Positions 39,599 through 53,379 of a stretch of 64,000 nt of DNA are shown piece after piece. Below the pieces are notes generated by a model. That model did not search any database. It had not been told where the DNA came from and saw only the letters and a program-made list of their open reading frames with translations. The stretch is from Chiloscyllium plagiosum (taxonomy: Eukaryota). The DNA is taken from NCBI RefSeq assembly GCF_004010195.1, contig NC_057753.1, positions 13,864,485 to 13,928,484 of the forward strand, written 5' to 3'. The position numbers and the translations under genes were made by a program. Within the stretch, counting starts at the first letter, position 1. Every line of letters starts with the position of its first letter.

Positions 39599-40864
39599 GA
39601 ACACAAACGTCTCTCACTTAACATTTAATCACGATTACTCCTCCAAATCAATACAGCTTTAGCTTATATATCATTTTCTCGACATGTTCTGTCGCTGCCC
39701 CAACCAAGTATTATTGCTTGTCCCTAATTGCCTTTGTGTAAATATCGCTAAAGCGTATCAAACATTTGTCTGTATGTGAAGAAAGTTTCTCTCTTTCTCA
39801 CTGTGTGTGTGCGTATGTGTGTGTGTTTATGTGTGTATTTATGTTTGTCTGTCTCCGTGTGTGTTTGTGTATTCAGGTCACTATTGTGTACCTTCTTGAT
39901 GGGTAGGCTTTGTCTAATATATTGAATATTTCCACGTACAAATGTATGGAAGGCAATGGCTACGACCTCTGAAATGTTTGATTTCTCCCATTCCGTGTGT
40001 TCTGTGGGCGGTTGCCAGACTGGAGCTAAGCCAGCAAACATTCAGGCGAAACGACGCCTAAATGTCATTTTTTAAAAATGTTCTGCACCAGAACTTTGTG
40101 TTTTAACATTAGTAGATTAATAAAAATAAGTGCAACCTCAAAATTATGCGTGATGCCGAGAGAAAATCTTATTGACGTCCAATCAAATTGTCACAGAGTT
40201 GCTTCTTTGACTGACAGTGAAAATATTCTGCAGAATACATAGGTCTGGAAGGTTGATCACGTGATTAAGCTGGTGGTTAATCTGAACCCATCAACAGAGA
40301 TCAGCACATTCTTTTTGCCAGACCTTGATCCTGATTTCAGCTCAGAGAAAGCGATTTCTCACACTTCAACGTTCTGAAATTAGCACTGAAAAGTATATAC
40401 AAATTGGAAACTGCCAGGAAAACTGAATGTGGTCACCAGAAGCCATAGAATAGTCACAACCTAGGGGCTCTGACGTTGACATCATAGATAGGGATGCACA
40501 AACTAACTAGAAGCTGAATAATCTGTAAATGGAAGGTAAAGATATCAGGCACTTGGAAGGAAAACACAAGTTTAAATCAAGAGCGTTGTTAAAAGAGGGG
40601 TGAGTACATCTGAGCGGTTTGCCATTCAGTGAGACGCTCCGTTATCAAAACTCATAACTCAATAGTATTTGTTTCCTTTATTCGGTCATATGATGTGAGC
40701 ATCGCTAACACTGCCATAATTAAGCGTTGTCATTAACTTTGTCCCAGCCACTGTGCCTTAACGATCTGACTCCAAGCAAACAAAGTGTGTTTCTTGGAGG
40801 GGAGTTAGCAACGATGTGATGTTCCCACGAATCTGATGTCAGCATAAACCGTCGGGTCGTGGAG

Positions 40865-41060
40865 GCAAAAATAGGAACTGTTGGAAGAACTCAGAAGATC
40901 TGGCAGCATCTGTGAAGAGCAATCAAAGTTAACGTTTTGTTTCAAGTGCCCCTTGATCAGAACGTTATGAGGAAGGAGCAGTCGATCCGAAACATCATCT
41001 TGATTTCTCTCTAGAGATGCTGCCAGGCCTGGTGAGTTCTTCAGCAGTTTCTAATTTTGT
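40865..41060. repeat. Palindromic (inverted-arm) short element with a degenerate hammerhead core
   Basis: The two ~98-bp arms are imperfect reverse complements around AAC|GTT at 40963/40964. The right arm carries ATGAGGA...CGAAAC. Confidence 0.8.
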
Positions 41061-41565
41061 CTATGTTTTCCATCATATGCTGTTCTTTTGGATGATAGTA
41101 ACCCTGCTATGGAAGGCGCTGAAGTCGCAGGACTTCTTGCTTTCCTGTAGTTTATTACGCATGTAATCCACACTTCTGCTTCAAAGTTTGTCGAGGGAGT
41201 AAACGCAGAAGGTTTAGAACAGATGCCGATCAGAAAAGATGTTTTGCTCTGGATCACGTGGAACATGATGTGTTTCCTTAGAGCTGCAACTCGGGAGACC
41301 TCTGCCTCGTATGCCTTGGGCAACTTTGGTTTCTAACTCCAGACTATTCATTGCTCTTTTAACTAAACCTTGTGATAGATTTCAAAACATCATCTCTCCA
41401 TGCATAGCTTCCAACATTCCTTCTGCATTTTTGATGTTTTCTCGAACCTTCATGTTCAGAGATGTGTTAAGGAAATGGCCAGACGACTCAAAGCATTCTT
41501 AAGCAGGCAGCCCACACCATAACTTTGCAATTTGTCTCGTTTAGTGTGCAGTGAAAATTACGTGG

Positions 41566-42104
41566 TGTAACTTAGCTAGGTCACCTTCCAGGTTTTAAAA
41601 CAGACAAAAAAAATCACAAAATTACACGATGAATGCAAAGAAAAGGATAAAGGACTCCTATATAACTGAGTCTATCCAAACTAGACTTAATTATGCTGTT
41701 CCGAATTTACACAAGAGTCCTAATAAGTAAACCCCTTGCTCATTAAAAACGAAAAAAAGACTTATATGTCGAAGTTCGAAGGGTAAAAGGAGACAAAGTT
41801 TAGTAGCCTGATTTTACACAGTCCACTGCTGAACTCCACCTAATTCTGGGCTGAAATGCTCAGCTGGAGAGCTGGCCACGCCCCCTTGAGTATACAGGTT
41901 AATTCTGAAGAGTCATCAATTTGTCCTGAATTCTCATCTGTTTACATATAAACAGAAAACGCCTCCCAATACCCTTTTATCTCGGTACCAAACCCAGCCA
42001 TTTAGGACACCGAACAGTTTTATGACCCCTCCAAAAGAAAATAAAAGGACACAGTATCCTGGATAAAAGGAACAGCTTTTGGAAAAAGGACCAGCCTTGT
42101 GACA
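41566..42104 (-). mobile_element. 3' LTR of a Ty3/Gypsy element
   Basis: Minus-strand termini TGTCAC...GTTACA, preceded directly by the polypurine tract AAGGGGGCAGA (42115-42105). Confidence 0.8.
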
Positions 42105-43455
42105 TCTGCCCCCTTAAAAACATCAGCATTAAAAGATGGCTTCATTGTTAAAAATCTTCAAAAACAAACTGGTTAGTAGACCAAATCACACACATGCACT
42201 ATACTAACAACACACAAGCAAACGTGCACAACCACATGCAAATTCAGGCCGTGGAACGACCGCCACCAAACACCTCTGTATCTCATTTGAGTCTTGATAA
42301 CACATCAACAATTACGTTTTTGCGACCTGCTTCATGCATAACTGTCAAATTGATTGGCTGCAACAACTAGCTCCATCTGAACAGTCCGGCATTTTTGTCT
42401 TGAATTTCTCCACAAATGTCAATGGATTATGATGAATGCATATGATTGTCTCAGATGCGCCTCTGGTAATATAAACACGAATATGTTGTAATGCCAACAA
42501 CCAAGCCAAATTCTCTTTCTCCACCGTTGAATATTCCTGTTAATGATCGTTCAACTTCCTAGAAAAATGCCCAGTGGGTCTTCCTATCCCATTAACATCC
42601 TCCTGCAGGCGCATCACAATAGCCACCTTGAAACGTTTAATGTAGTCAGGTGAAGCTAATACTGGCATAGTGGTTAACACGGTTTTTCGGCTATCAAATG
42701 CGTTTTGACAGTCCGCTGTCCACTGAAACTTCTTGCCCGTTTTTTAACAATTCGGTGAGTGGAGCAGCCACACTGCTAAAGTTCGGCACAAACTTTTGGT
42801 AAAATCCACTCAACCCCAGGAAACATAGTACTGCCCTTTTCGTTGACAGTGTGGGAAGTTCCCCAATGACTTTCGTTTTCGCATCTCGTGGGGCCATTTG
42901 CCCATATCCGATACCATGGCCCAGGATGGTGACTTGGGCTTTGGTAAACTCACTTTTCGCTTGGTTTGCACCAAGCCTGCCTTCTGAAGTCGATCGAACA
43001 AGTCCGATAAATGATATAAATGTTACTTCCATGTGTGACTAAAAATTACCAGGTCACGAATGTAAGCATCACACTTGGGTAATCCGGCAGTGACCTTATT
43101 AGTTAGTGCCTGAAATGTGGCTGGAGCCTTTCTCATAAAAAAAAGGCATGACTTTGAAATGATATCGTCTGTTTGGTGTTACGAAAGCCGAAATAGCCTT
43201 TGTTCTCTCTGAGAGAGGTACTTGCCAGTAGCCTCTGAGCAAGTCTAACTTGGAAATGTAAGTTTGTTGTCACACTTTCTCGACACAGTCCTCCAACTGG
43301 GGAATTCGATATGCATTCGTCTTTTTAGTGGCGTTAAGTTGCAGTAGTCCACACATAACCGTTAGGTGCCATTTGGCTTTGGCACCATGACTATGGCTTA
43401 ACTGCAGTCACTGCGACTCACTTCGATTATGCCATCTTGGAGCATGCGCTTTATC
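42105..43455 (-). mobile_element. Ty3/Gypsy (Gmr1-like) pol remnant: RT + RNase H
   Basis: Translation includes MLQDGIIEVS, MVPKPNGT*RLCVDY, AYIRDLVIFS (YxDD site), FLGLSGFYQKFVPNFSSVAAPLTELLK, FSRKLN, YSTVEKE and NVIVDVLSRL. Many stops and frameshifts. Confidence 0.9.
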
Positions 43456-43459
43456 CACA

Positions 43460-45320
43460 TCTTTGACACAATGTAGGATACAGATCATTTCAAAGCCGAG
43501 TAGCAAATGGACACAAAACGGTCCATAGCACAGGCTGCAGACAGCCAGTCTGAGCTATCTCAGCTGCAGTGGACAAGGTTTGTGCTCAGCCTGCATACAG
43601 CGGTAGTGGAGAGTCCACTATAAGTGAATTAAATGTGGCTGATCCGTTTGAGGATGGACCCAGCGACGATGACAAAAAAAATCGTACACAGCTCTTGCCA
43701 CTAGATAATATTCCACTCACCTGGAGAGCCCACAAAGTCCTTGGGATGGTATTATAATTGACACCAAGTTGGCTGTGACAAACAGTAAGTTTACTCGTAA
43801 AATATAAATTGCAATATCTACACTTAATGTCACATACGATTTTATCAGTTGCATGTTGCCCAAATGAGGTCAAACATCAGCAACTGCCTCTGCCAATCTG
43901 ACACTGAAACGCTCCTCATCCGAACCTGTGCTTTACCCAACCTCCAACGACAAAAGATATTTGCTAATTGTTCAGCATTTCATGCTGAATTGAACATTGT
44001 TCAATACCAGTTACATTGGAATCAGAGCCAACCACTATCAATGTGACACATTCCGTATTCATACACAGACGTATTCTTCTTGAAAAGCTATGCTCCCTTA
44101 CCTACATTACCATACAGCTGATAATCTCTCAGCTTTAAAATCCTTATTTTTTAATATGTTAAAGAGCACACAGATTAGGATCTCACAAGCTGTTCCATCT
44201 GATATCATAAAATAACTGCATTTCTATGGATTTTTCGGCCTGATAATAGTCACTCCTGCTGTGCCTTTAGTTGTCGAGATTGCAAACTCTGGAACTTACT
44301 CACTCAATAATGATGTCTCACGTCCTCCTTCAGGGTATTTATTATCTCCAAACATTTTTGATCGTGATCTTCCTTTATAGCCAAACTCTCCTTGTGAGGT
44401 TCTACTTCAATTGTCTTTCTAAAATCTCATGACAGCAATCCTGTGGAAGGATAGTTATCAACAAAATAACTGCCAAATACACAAAAGTCAATATTATTGG
44501 ACAATTTGTTCAGTGATGGAAGTCTATTATCATCCTCAGGTCATCTTAAAGAAACGTGTCTTTAATTAATTATTAAGACACTAGACTGATCAAAAGCAAC
44601 ACAAGACTCTACAACAATTATATAATTTTCGAGTTCGCATCACAAATTTCTTGATTCACTACCATCAATTGTGTATGATATGGTATCCAATGCGATTATT
44701 GTGCTGCAGACATTCAATCGCTAATACATAGGCAATAAAAGCTGGAGTAGTCCAACTGGCTCCTTCATCCTTCTCCATGATACAACATTTTCAAGACTTA
44801 TCCTCTACACCAATGTTAACATAAAGAGATCAGTGCTAGGAAATGCAATTTCAAGCATTGCAAAATGTTTCAACGTTACACTATTCAACAATCAACAACA
44901 TAACATGATTGTTCAGAAAGCCGTAGACACTATCCATAATGACGTGATCTCGTAAACTTTTGATTTAGGCATGTGAAAAAGAAATGTTTAAGAAGGTGTA
45001 AACGAAAACTTTGAATGTAATCTTCATTTTCCTATTGATATAAGCTCAATCAATGCACCATATTTCACCCTTATGCAGTATAATATCATACAATACGCTA
45101 TAAGCGGTATATGATAAATCATTTCAGGACCCAGTTTCTGTCCATTCCTATTTAGAGAGGAGTGATTCTTAGAGAATACTATACAATTCAGTTTTAAAAC
45201 GGAATCGTCAAAATTTGCAGAGATTTACAAATAACTACAAAATTCTTTTGCAACACAGTTCTTACATGGGAAACCAACAGCGGCGATAATTGCGTCGTAT
45301 TAGTACAAAACAATCAATAA
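43460..45320 (-). pseudogene. GPR139/GPR142-like rhodopsin-class GPCR pseudogene, truncated (exon 1 remnant ~45320-45266; exon 2 43772-43460)
   Basis: Exon 1 remnant YDAIIAAVGFP|GTAAG. Exon 2 after TCACAG reads NLVSIIIPSQGLCGLSR*VEYYLVARAVYDFF...VCRLSTNLV...DSSDWLSAACAMDRFVSICYSALK*. It is paralogous to 53380-55645 and is cut off by the Gypsy remnant. Confidence 0.8.
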
Positions 45321-47818
45321 GTAAACAGATTATGGGAGGATGTAGAGGTAATAGGATGGTGGTGATGTGAGATGTTAATTTTCCCAACATTGACTGAGAT
45401 ACACTTCATGTCAGAGGTCTGGATGGAAATTCCAGGAGAGTTTTCTAGAGCAGTATGTCAATAGTGCGATGAGGGAAGAGACAATAATAAACCTACTGTT
45501 TGGAATGAGCCAGACCAAGTGGTAGAAGTTGTGGTGGTGGATTTCTTTGGGAACGCTGACCACAATTCTGTAAGTTTTAGAATACTCGTAGACAAAGATG
45601 AGAGTGGTATTAAGGGAAGAGTACTAAACTGGGCCAAGGCCAATTATATCAAAATTAGGAAGGAGTTGGGAAATGTAGATTGGACACAGCTATTTGAAGG
45701 GAAGTCCACATGCGATATGTGGGAGGCTTTCAAAGATAGATTAAAGATAGTGCAGGATAGGCATGTCCCATTGAAACCAAACGGTACAAAAGGCCAGATT
45801 CGTGAACCATGGATGACAGGAGAAATCGTACAACTAGGCAAGAGGAAAAGGGAAGCGCACATAAGGTCTTGGCAACAAAGAACAGAACGGGCCATGGAGG
45901 AATATCGGGAGAGTAGGACCAGTCTTAAAGGAGGAATGAAGCGGGCTAAAAGGGATCATGAAATCGCTTTCGCCGAGCAAATTTAAGGAGAATCCCAAAG
46001 CTTTTTATTACTACATACGAAGCATGTTGGTAACTAGAGAAATGATTGGTCCACTAAAGGATAAGGAAGGAAGGCTGCTTTTCGAACCTAAGAAAATCGG
46101 TGAAATTCTGAATGATTACTTTGCATCAGTGTTGACTGAGGAGTGGGACATGTTAAATGTTGAGATTAGAGATATAAGTTTGATTACTCTGGATCCCGTT
46201 GACATTAGCAGGGAAGATGTATTGGGTAGGCTAGACAAATCCTTCGGACCGAATGGGATCTGTCCCAGGTTGCTGAGGGAGCGAGAGAGGAAATAGCTGG
46301 GGCCCTGGCAGACACCTCTGTAGCATCCTTAAACACAGGTGAGTTGCTAGAGGACTGGAGGGTTGTTTATGTTGTGCCCTTGTATAAGAAGTGTAGTAGG
46401 GATATTTCAGGTAACTACAGACCAGTGAGCCTGACGTCAGTGGTGGGAAAGTTGCTGGAGAAGGTACTGAGTGATACAATCTATTTATATTTTGAAAATA
46501 ATGGACTAATCAGTGACAGGCAACATGGTTCTGTGCGGGGGAGATCGGGCCTTACCAACTTAATAGACTTATTTGAGGAAGTGACAAAGTTGATAGATGA
46601 AGGAAGGGCTGCAGCTGTCATGTACATGGACTTTAGTAAGGCATTTGATAAGGTTCCCCATGGCAAACTAATGGACAAAGTAAAGTCACATTGTGTGCAG
46701 GGTGTTCTAGCCAGGTGAATGAAGAGCTGGTTGAGCAACAGGAGACAGAGAGTAGTAGTTGAAGGGAGTTTCTCCAAATGGAGAAAGGTGAGCAGTGGTG
46801 TTTCACAGGGATTAGTGCTGGGGCCACTGTTGTTTGTGATATACGTAAGTGATCTGCAAGAGGGCGCTGTTGGTATTATCAGCAAGCTTGCAGTTGACAT
46901 GAAGATTGGTGGAGTAGCAAAAAGCATAGCTGACTTTCAAAGAATAAAGGAGAATATAGAAAAACTGGAGTGCTGGACGGAGAAATCGTAGATGGAGTTC
47001 AATCCAGACAAATATGAGGTGTTGCATTTTGGGAAGTCTAATTCTCGAGCGAATTATACAGTAAAAGGAAGAGCCTTGGGAAAAGTTGATGAGCAGAGAG
47101 AAGTGGGAGTTCAGGTCCATTGTGCACTGAAGGTTGCTGCACAGGTGGATAAAGTTGTCAAGAAGGCATATGGTATGCTTGACTTCATCGGACGAGGTAT
47201 TGAGTATAAGAGCTGGAAACTTATGTTAAAATTGCACAAGACATTGATTCGGCCGCATTTGGACTATTGTGTACAGTTCTGGTCGCCATTTTACCAAAAG
47301 AATGTGGATGCTTTGGAGAGGGTGCAGAGAAGGTTTACTAGGATGCTGCCTAGTATGGAAGGTGCTAGCTATGAAGAGAGGTGGAGTAGGTTAGGATGGT
47401 TTTCATTAGAAAAAAAGGAGATTGAGGGGGGAGCTGATTGAGGTCTACAAAGTCATGAAGGCTAGAGACAGGGTAGATAGAGATAAGCTTTTTCCCAGGG
47501 TGACGGTTGCATTAAAGATAGGTCATACTTTCACGGTGAGAGGTGAAATGTTTAAGGGGGATACAAGCGGAAAGTACTCTACACAGAGGGTGGTAGGTGT
47601 CTGGAACGCGTTGCCTGCAGACGTAGTAGAGGCAGACACGGTAGATTCATCTAAGATGCGCCTGGACAGATGCATGAGTAGGAGGGGAGCAGAGGGATAC
47701 ATTGCTTAGGAAGTAGGCGACAAGATTAGACAGTGGATTTGGATCAGCTGAGGCTTGGAGGGCCCAATGACCTGTTCCTGGGCGCAGATTTTCTTTGGTC
47801 TTTGTTCTGTGTTCCATG
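45321..47818 (+). mobile_element. CR1 LINE, 5'-truncated (part of APE + RT), degenerate
   Basis: ORFs contain GNADHNSV, REPWMT, GNYRPVSLTSVVGK, DFSKAFDKVPH and RPHLDYCVQFWSP. The tail is TGTTCTGTGTTCCATG. Confidence 0.93.
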
Positions 47819-50454
47819 GGCAGTGTATGGTCCTTTAGAAACGAATGAGATTTTTCACGCTGCCCAATTCTGTTGTACAACAGATACAAAGTGTCTTTCA
47901 TTTATTCTAAATGAGAGTCTCCAATGAGGTGCTAAAATGCTTCATGCAGCTCAGTTGCAGTTCAATGAACAGGCTAATATACAGTTATGAAACTTCACTT
48001 TGCAAGGTTGACAAATGAATGATTCCATTATATTTTTTAAAAAGTCTGCTGGCAACGAATTTTCGGGCTATTCTTCCAAATTGATTCGAAATATATCTAG
48101 CAACTGCAGTGTCTGATAGTATGACTGGAGGTCTTATTATAAACCTTAAATTGTCTCTTCTCATCTTTTCGATCAGTTGCCTGACTATTCTGTAAATATC
48201 AGGTTAGTTCATTGAATTCATTTATTGGTTACGTCATCATGTACATAATATTTATCAGTGAACGAATCCTGATTAACAGTGTGTAAAATGCAGACACAGC
48301 ACACGACAAGCCGAATGCAACCACTCCTGCAGAAAAGAGAAAAAAAATTGAAAACGTTGTACCTTTGACCAAATTAAATGTGCAGAAAGTGTATTGCAAC
48401 TTTTAAGAATGAAGTCAAATATTCTAGTGTTGGAACAATCGATAAGACCTTGCTGTAGCATAAACAGGAATACAACTCAGTCGGTTTACGCATGCGAGTA
48501 CCTACTGAGATCCAACTTAGATATAACAGTACCAATTACAAGGACAAGAAACACAATCACTGTAAAAGTAAAATGTACATAACTTGGATGATAAAAATTG
48601 GGAAACAGGCTTGTTCCAAGGAACATGGAGGTCGTTAACTCAAGCAACGTTTATTTTCCACTATCCCTATTTGTCAGTGAGAAGATGATGATGAACCATG
48701 GCAATGCATTTCGTGTTGGTAGTCTCCCAAAGCTCTTAAGCTGGACTTTCAGAATTTCCACTCAGCAACACCAAAGTTATGGCGAAATGTTTCGGAGTCG
48801 AGAGGACAGGTGGCTTGGATGGTAACTGACAATTTGTGGTGTTCCCATGTACCTGCTACTCTTGTCGATCTGGATGAAAGTGATCGTTGGTTTGGAGTAT
48901 GCTATCGGAAAAAAAAAATGGTTGACGAATTTCGGAAATGAGCTTTGTGGACGGCTGGAAGTCTGAAAGAAAACAGACAGCCCTGAAGAAATTCAGCAGG
49001 TCTGTCATAGTACGTCGAGAGGGGAAGAGGCAACATTTCGAGTCCTCTCTGATATTTCTTCAGATACAACTGCTATTCTGCAACGTTGGAGGAAATGGCG
49101 AATGATTGTGGATGTGGTATTAATTAACCCGTCTGCTTTGTTCTGAATGTTGTGTAAGTTAGACGTGTGCTCGTGTACTAGCTGGAAAAGTGAAGAATAT
49201 TTCATTATGCTCTTATGACTTGCAGATAGCTCATCGTGTTTGGTGAAGCAGGAAGTGAATCAGTCGTTGCAGGATTTCTATTCGATGGTCTGCCTTTGAG
49301 ACCTCAATATTTCAATGGTGAATCCATTTCAGCTTCTGTTCAACGGTAACACTCAGGCTGTTGATAGTGGGGGATTTATTTAAGGTCACCTACTTTCATG
49401 TCTAAGGGCCCAATGTCAAAATTTATGGAAAATGATATTCTCTCCTGCCACTGAGGCAAAGATTCTTGACATAAAAGAAAACACTTCAATCCATCACTTC
49501 CACAGCAAACATCAACCATTGACTTGTTCTCGTCCAACTTTCGCCATTTTGACCTATGCTTCTTAAGCTGTGGCGTTTGAACACACATCAAAGCACGAGT
49601 TAAACGTTTTGAAATTCCTTGCCTCCACTATTCTTTGACGCAATGAGTTCCCCATACCCAAAGCAATTTGGGAGATTTTTTTTCACAAATCCCTTCAGAA
49701 ACTGTTGCTTCTTCACTTTAAACTGTGTCCCCTGTTGTCGACCCGTTTACTAATGGGCACATTTTTGTGAATCTCTCCCAATCTAAACCGGCGATAAACT
49801 TCATACATCTTAATTTCAACTTAATTGCAGATAAAGTGAATAGAGTTGCAATTCGTAACGATGAGCAAGTGAATCTCATTTACACACCCGAAAGAAGATG
49901 CAGACTTTTCACCATGACCAATGGAGCTCTGAGAAGTGACAAATAAGCAAAAGACAAGTTATCATCTTTCAAATTGCTGGCTATTGTTTTGCACTTACGT
50001 ACTCCCTTTATAGGTTCTTACAACGAAAATGTTTTAATTCTGTGTCAGTGAGTGGCTTCTTACCGTTATTTGTCTGATAGGTTCATAATCAAATTTATGC
50101 TGGTAATTGAGGAAAATCTAATTTCAAAATCTGAACATAGGTTAATGTGAAATCCAGAAATAAATGTGGACGAAAATGAATGGCAAAGTTTGGGAGGAGG
50201 TGGAGTTAACAAGTCAAAGCTGGAACTGACGTTATTGATTACTGAGGGCAATACCTATGTTGCTTAATTTTTTTCTACAGACGCAGTTTCCGAGACTCAT
50301 GGTGACTTTTTTGGGTGTATATAATATACCGTGCAATGTCAATGTAACAACACCAAACAACCTGCATTAAAAATGCTTCCTTGTGCAAAATCCCGGAACG
50401 GTATGAATTTTAAATTTTAATTCTACAGAAAGCAAGATTCCTTAAATATCGACT

Positions 50455-51010
50455 TGCAGGATAGTGTGAAAGTTGACAAGGCTCAGAAAAGTTTTTCAAG
50501 GATGTTGGCAGGGTGGGACGGTTTGATCTACAGGGAGAGTTTGAATTGGCTGAGCCTATTTTCCCTGGAGTGTCGGAGGCTGAGAGGTCATAGAGTCATA
50601 GAGATGTACAACATGGAAACGGGCACTTCAGCCCTACTGGCGATTCATAAAGTCATGAGTGAAATGGATGAGGTAAATAGATAAGGTCCATTTCCTGGGG
50701 CTGGGATTTCAAAAAAAACTAGAAGACATTCGTTTCAGGCGAGCGGAGGAAGATTTTAAAGGAACCTAAGGTATACCTTTGTCACGCAGATCGTGGTATA
50801 TGTATGGAATGAGCTACGAGAGGAACTGATGGCGGATGACACAGTTACATTTAAAAGACATTGGGGTGGCTATATGAATTGGAATTGTTTGAAGGTAAAC
50901 TAGCCAAATGCTAGTAAATGTGACCATATTCATGTAGGATAACTGATTGGCTCAAACGAGTCAGAACGAAGACTTTGTTTTGGTGCTGTACATCATTATG
51001 GCTGTATGAC
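50455..51010 (+). mobile_element. Old CR1 3' fragment
   Basis: KAQKSFSRMLAGWDGLIYRESLNWLSLFSLECRRLRG is the CR1 ORF2 C-terminus. Confidence 0.75.
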
Positions 51011-52824
51011 ATTAATTGTTATGATTGTCGTTCAGTTTCTGTGCGATCAACTAATAGTTATAAAACACTACTTCATTTTCCTTTTCTCTCTCTCAACACA
51101 GGAAGCTTAAGTTGAATAACAGTTTCCCTGGAAAACTTCGACACCACATCAAGACGTGATTGCAAGTATTCATACTCAGCAGTCAACGAACCAGTATAGC
51201 ATGGCAAGGTTTGACGAGGGTCATGCTTTATTAAGGCAGGACTTGCGCAGATATGTGTTTTTATTGTCGCTAATATAAACATCCCACTTGTGTTCAGGTC
51301 TCTGGTAAAACTATTTTTACGAAATGTATATGATTTCAGGGCCATCCGCAAGCAATGAGGAAAAACTTTATTAAATTGTCAGGTGGAGTTGTCTAGTAAA
51401 TTGAAAAGACTTCTTTTTTTAGGAGAACGACAATGAGGACACAATGGGCATGGAATCACATACCTCTATAATATATGCGTTTCTTTCTCTTAAAATTGTG
51501 CTTTTTTATTTTTAATTTACCTTCAAATCAAGGAGATGAAACAGAAATATCCATAATAGTAGTATTTGTTTTAGGTTAATTTCTCTAAGCTGCAAATATC
51601 TACGTCTACTTGAAAATGTATAAGGGGAGAATACTCTTTTGGACAACTCTGCAATCCAGCATCTCCTGAACATATTAGTAAGTTAAGACTGGCTTAGTTC
51701 ATTAAGAATACTTACGCAGTTACAGAAGTGAATGATCATGAAGAACTATCAGATGTATGAAAAAAGAGTTAGTTAACTAAAGTAAAATGAAAGATCATCA
51801 TTTCTGTTTGCCTTACAAACACGAAACATATATGTAAACTGATCCAGCAATAAATGTGAGTGTTAAATAAATATACGTTGTTAAAAACATTCTTTTACCT
51901 GAGAGAATGAATAATAAATTGGATGTCTGAAGCGGAAATGAGGGAGCAAGTGGCAGATGCTCATAGTTACTTAATGAATTGAGGTTACACAATATGAACT
52001 CAGATCATAGAACACATAGATAGAATCATAACCTTGAATGCTTGACTGTTGAGGACAATATTCAAGCATGCATACCAGTTTTGAGAGCTCTTCTTTCAAA
52101 AACAGTAAATGGAAAGTTAGAAGTATATCGGAAATTGGGATAAATTGATTGTGCCACTAGTTCTGAACTGTGACTTGAACATTGGAGAAACTTTCCAACA
52201 CACTTGGTAATGTTCCGAAACGTTGTGACAGACGAGTTTCCAATCATAAAATCTAATTGAGAATAGGTATAAACAAATCGTACTGATTACGTGAAAAGTA
52301 GATAAATACTTACAAAATAAAATGAGACTTCAAGAAGGGAAAATGTGCACATTTCTATGAATCCAGTGCCACGACTGTTCAGTTAGAATGACAAATACGC
52401 TCAAGTTCAATTAAACGTTCACTGCTAATAGAAACAGAGACTACATTTCAAACGACCATTCAAGAATTATTTTATTCTTATACTTGCGTTTATCATTGTT
52501 GAACGGTTCTGACTCCCTTTCTATTGTATTGGAATGTACTCACACGTATAACAGCTTATGTATAGTTTTTGAACTTCATACTGATTCCATCAAACCATGG
52601 CTGAATCTGCACACATCAGTTTCTGTGATTGTACCATAAACTTACTCCTGTTTTCATGCACGACCGTTGGTCTGATCAGAGGATTCGAATCCGTCTGATT
52701 TAAACAATGCATCAAAGCAGGAAGCCAATTGGTTTTGACTTGTATGCCTGGGCCCTCTCAAGGAGCTGTTCGTTAATGACACATTACTCTTTCGTTCACA
52801 ACGAGAAAAAGGAACTAATCATGG

Positions 52825-52920
52825 AAAGGAAGGAAGAGAAGAGTGACTGAAGGAAGGAAGAAAGGATGGATGAAACGAAGGAAGGACATAGGCAAGGACG
52901 AAAGGAAGGAAGGAAGGAAG
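52825..52920. repeat. (GAAG)n-like simple repeat
   Basis: Direct inspection. Confidence 0.85.
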
Positions 52921-53379
52921 CACTAATTACGTAATTTGATGTGAATTGTGTAATTTCCAGTCATATTGTTAGTAAAATAGCAGGGAATGAGCAGAGTAAG
53001 ATTCAAAAACATGAGAGTGCGAGACGAAAACAGTCTCACTGTTTTAGGCGAGTGATAACGATTAACCAGAGTCAGAGAGAGAAACTCTATTCATTCTGAA
53101 GTAATAAAGATGGAATATTCCCCATGCTTCCTGAGTCAATAGACACAAGCCTTCACTAAGTATCTATGTTGGACAGGCGGACGCCCAATCCCTTTAGAAC
53201 TGGCTACAGGGAAATATTCGAATTGGAGAAGTACTCTTACGGTTATCATGCAGACCTGAAGCCACTAATGTCTGATTCTGGGAGAGAGTGCTACACACCT
53301 AACTGCACACAATAAAGAGAAATACTAGCAAGGTGATGTTCTCTTGTTGCTTCCTACGAATTTGTGCTGGCAGTGAGCA

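Noticed and set aside
52665-52700. B-box-like GGATTCGAATCC ending in CCA on the minus strand
   Set aside because: No A-box or cloverleaf can be formed.
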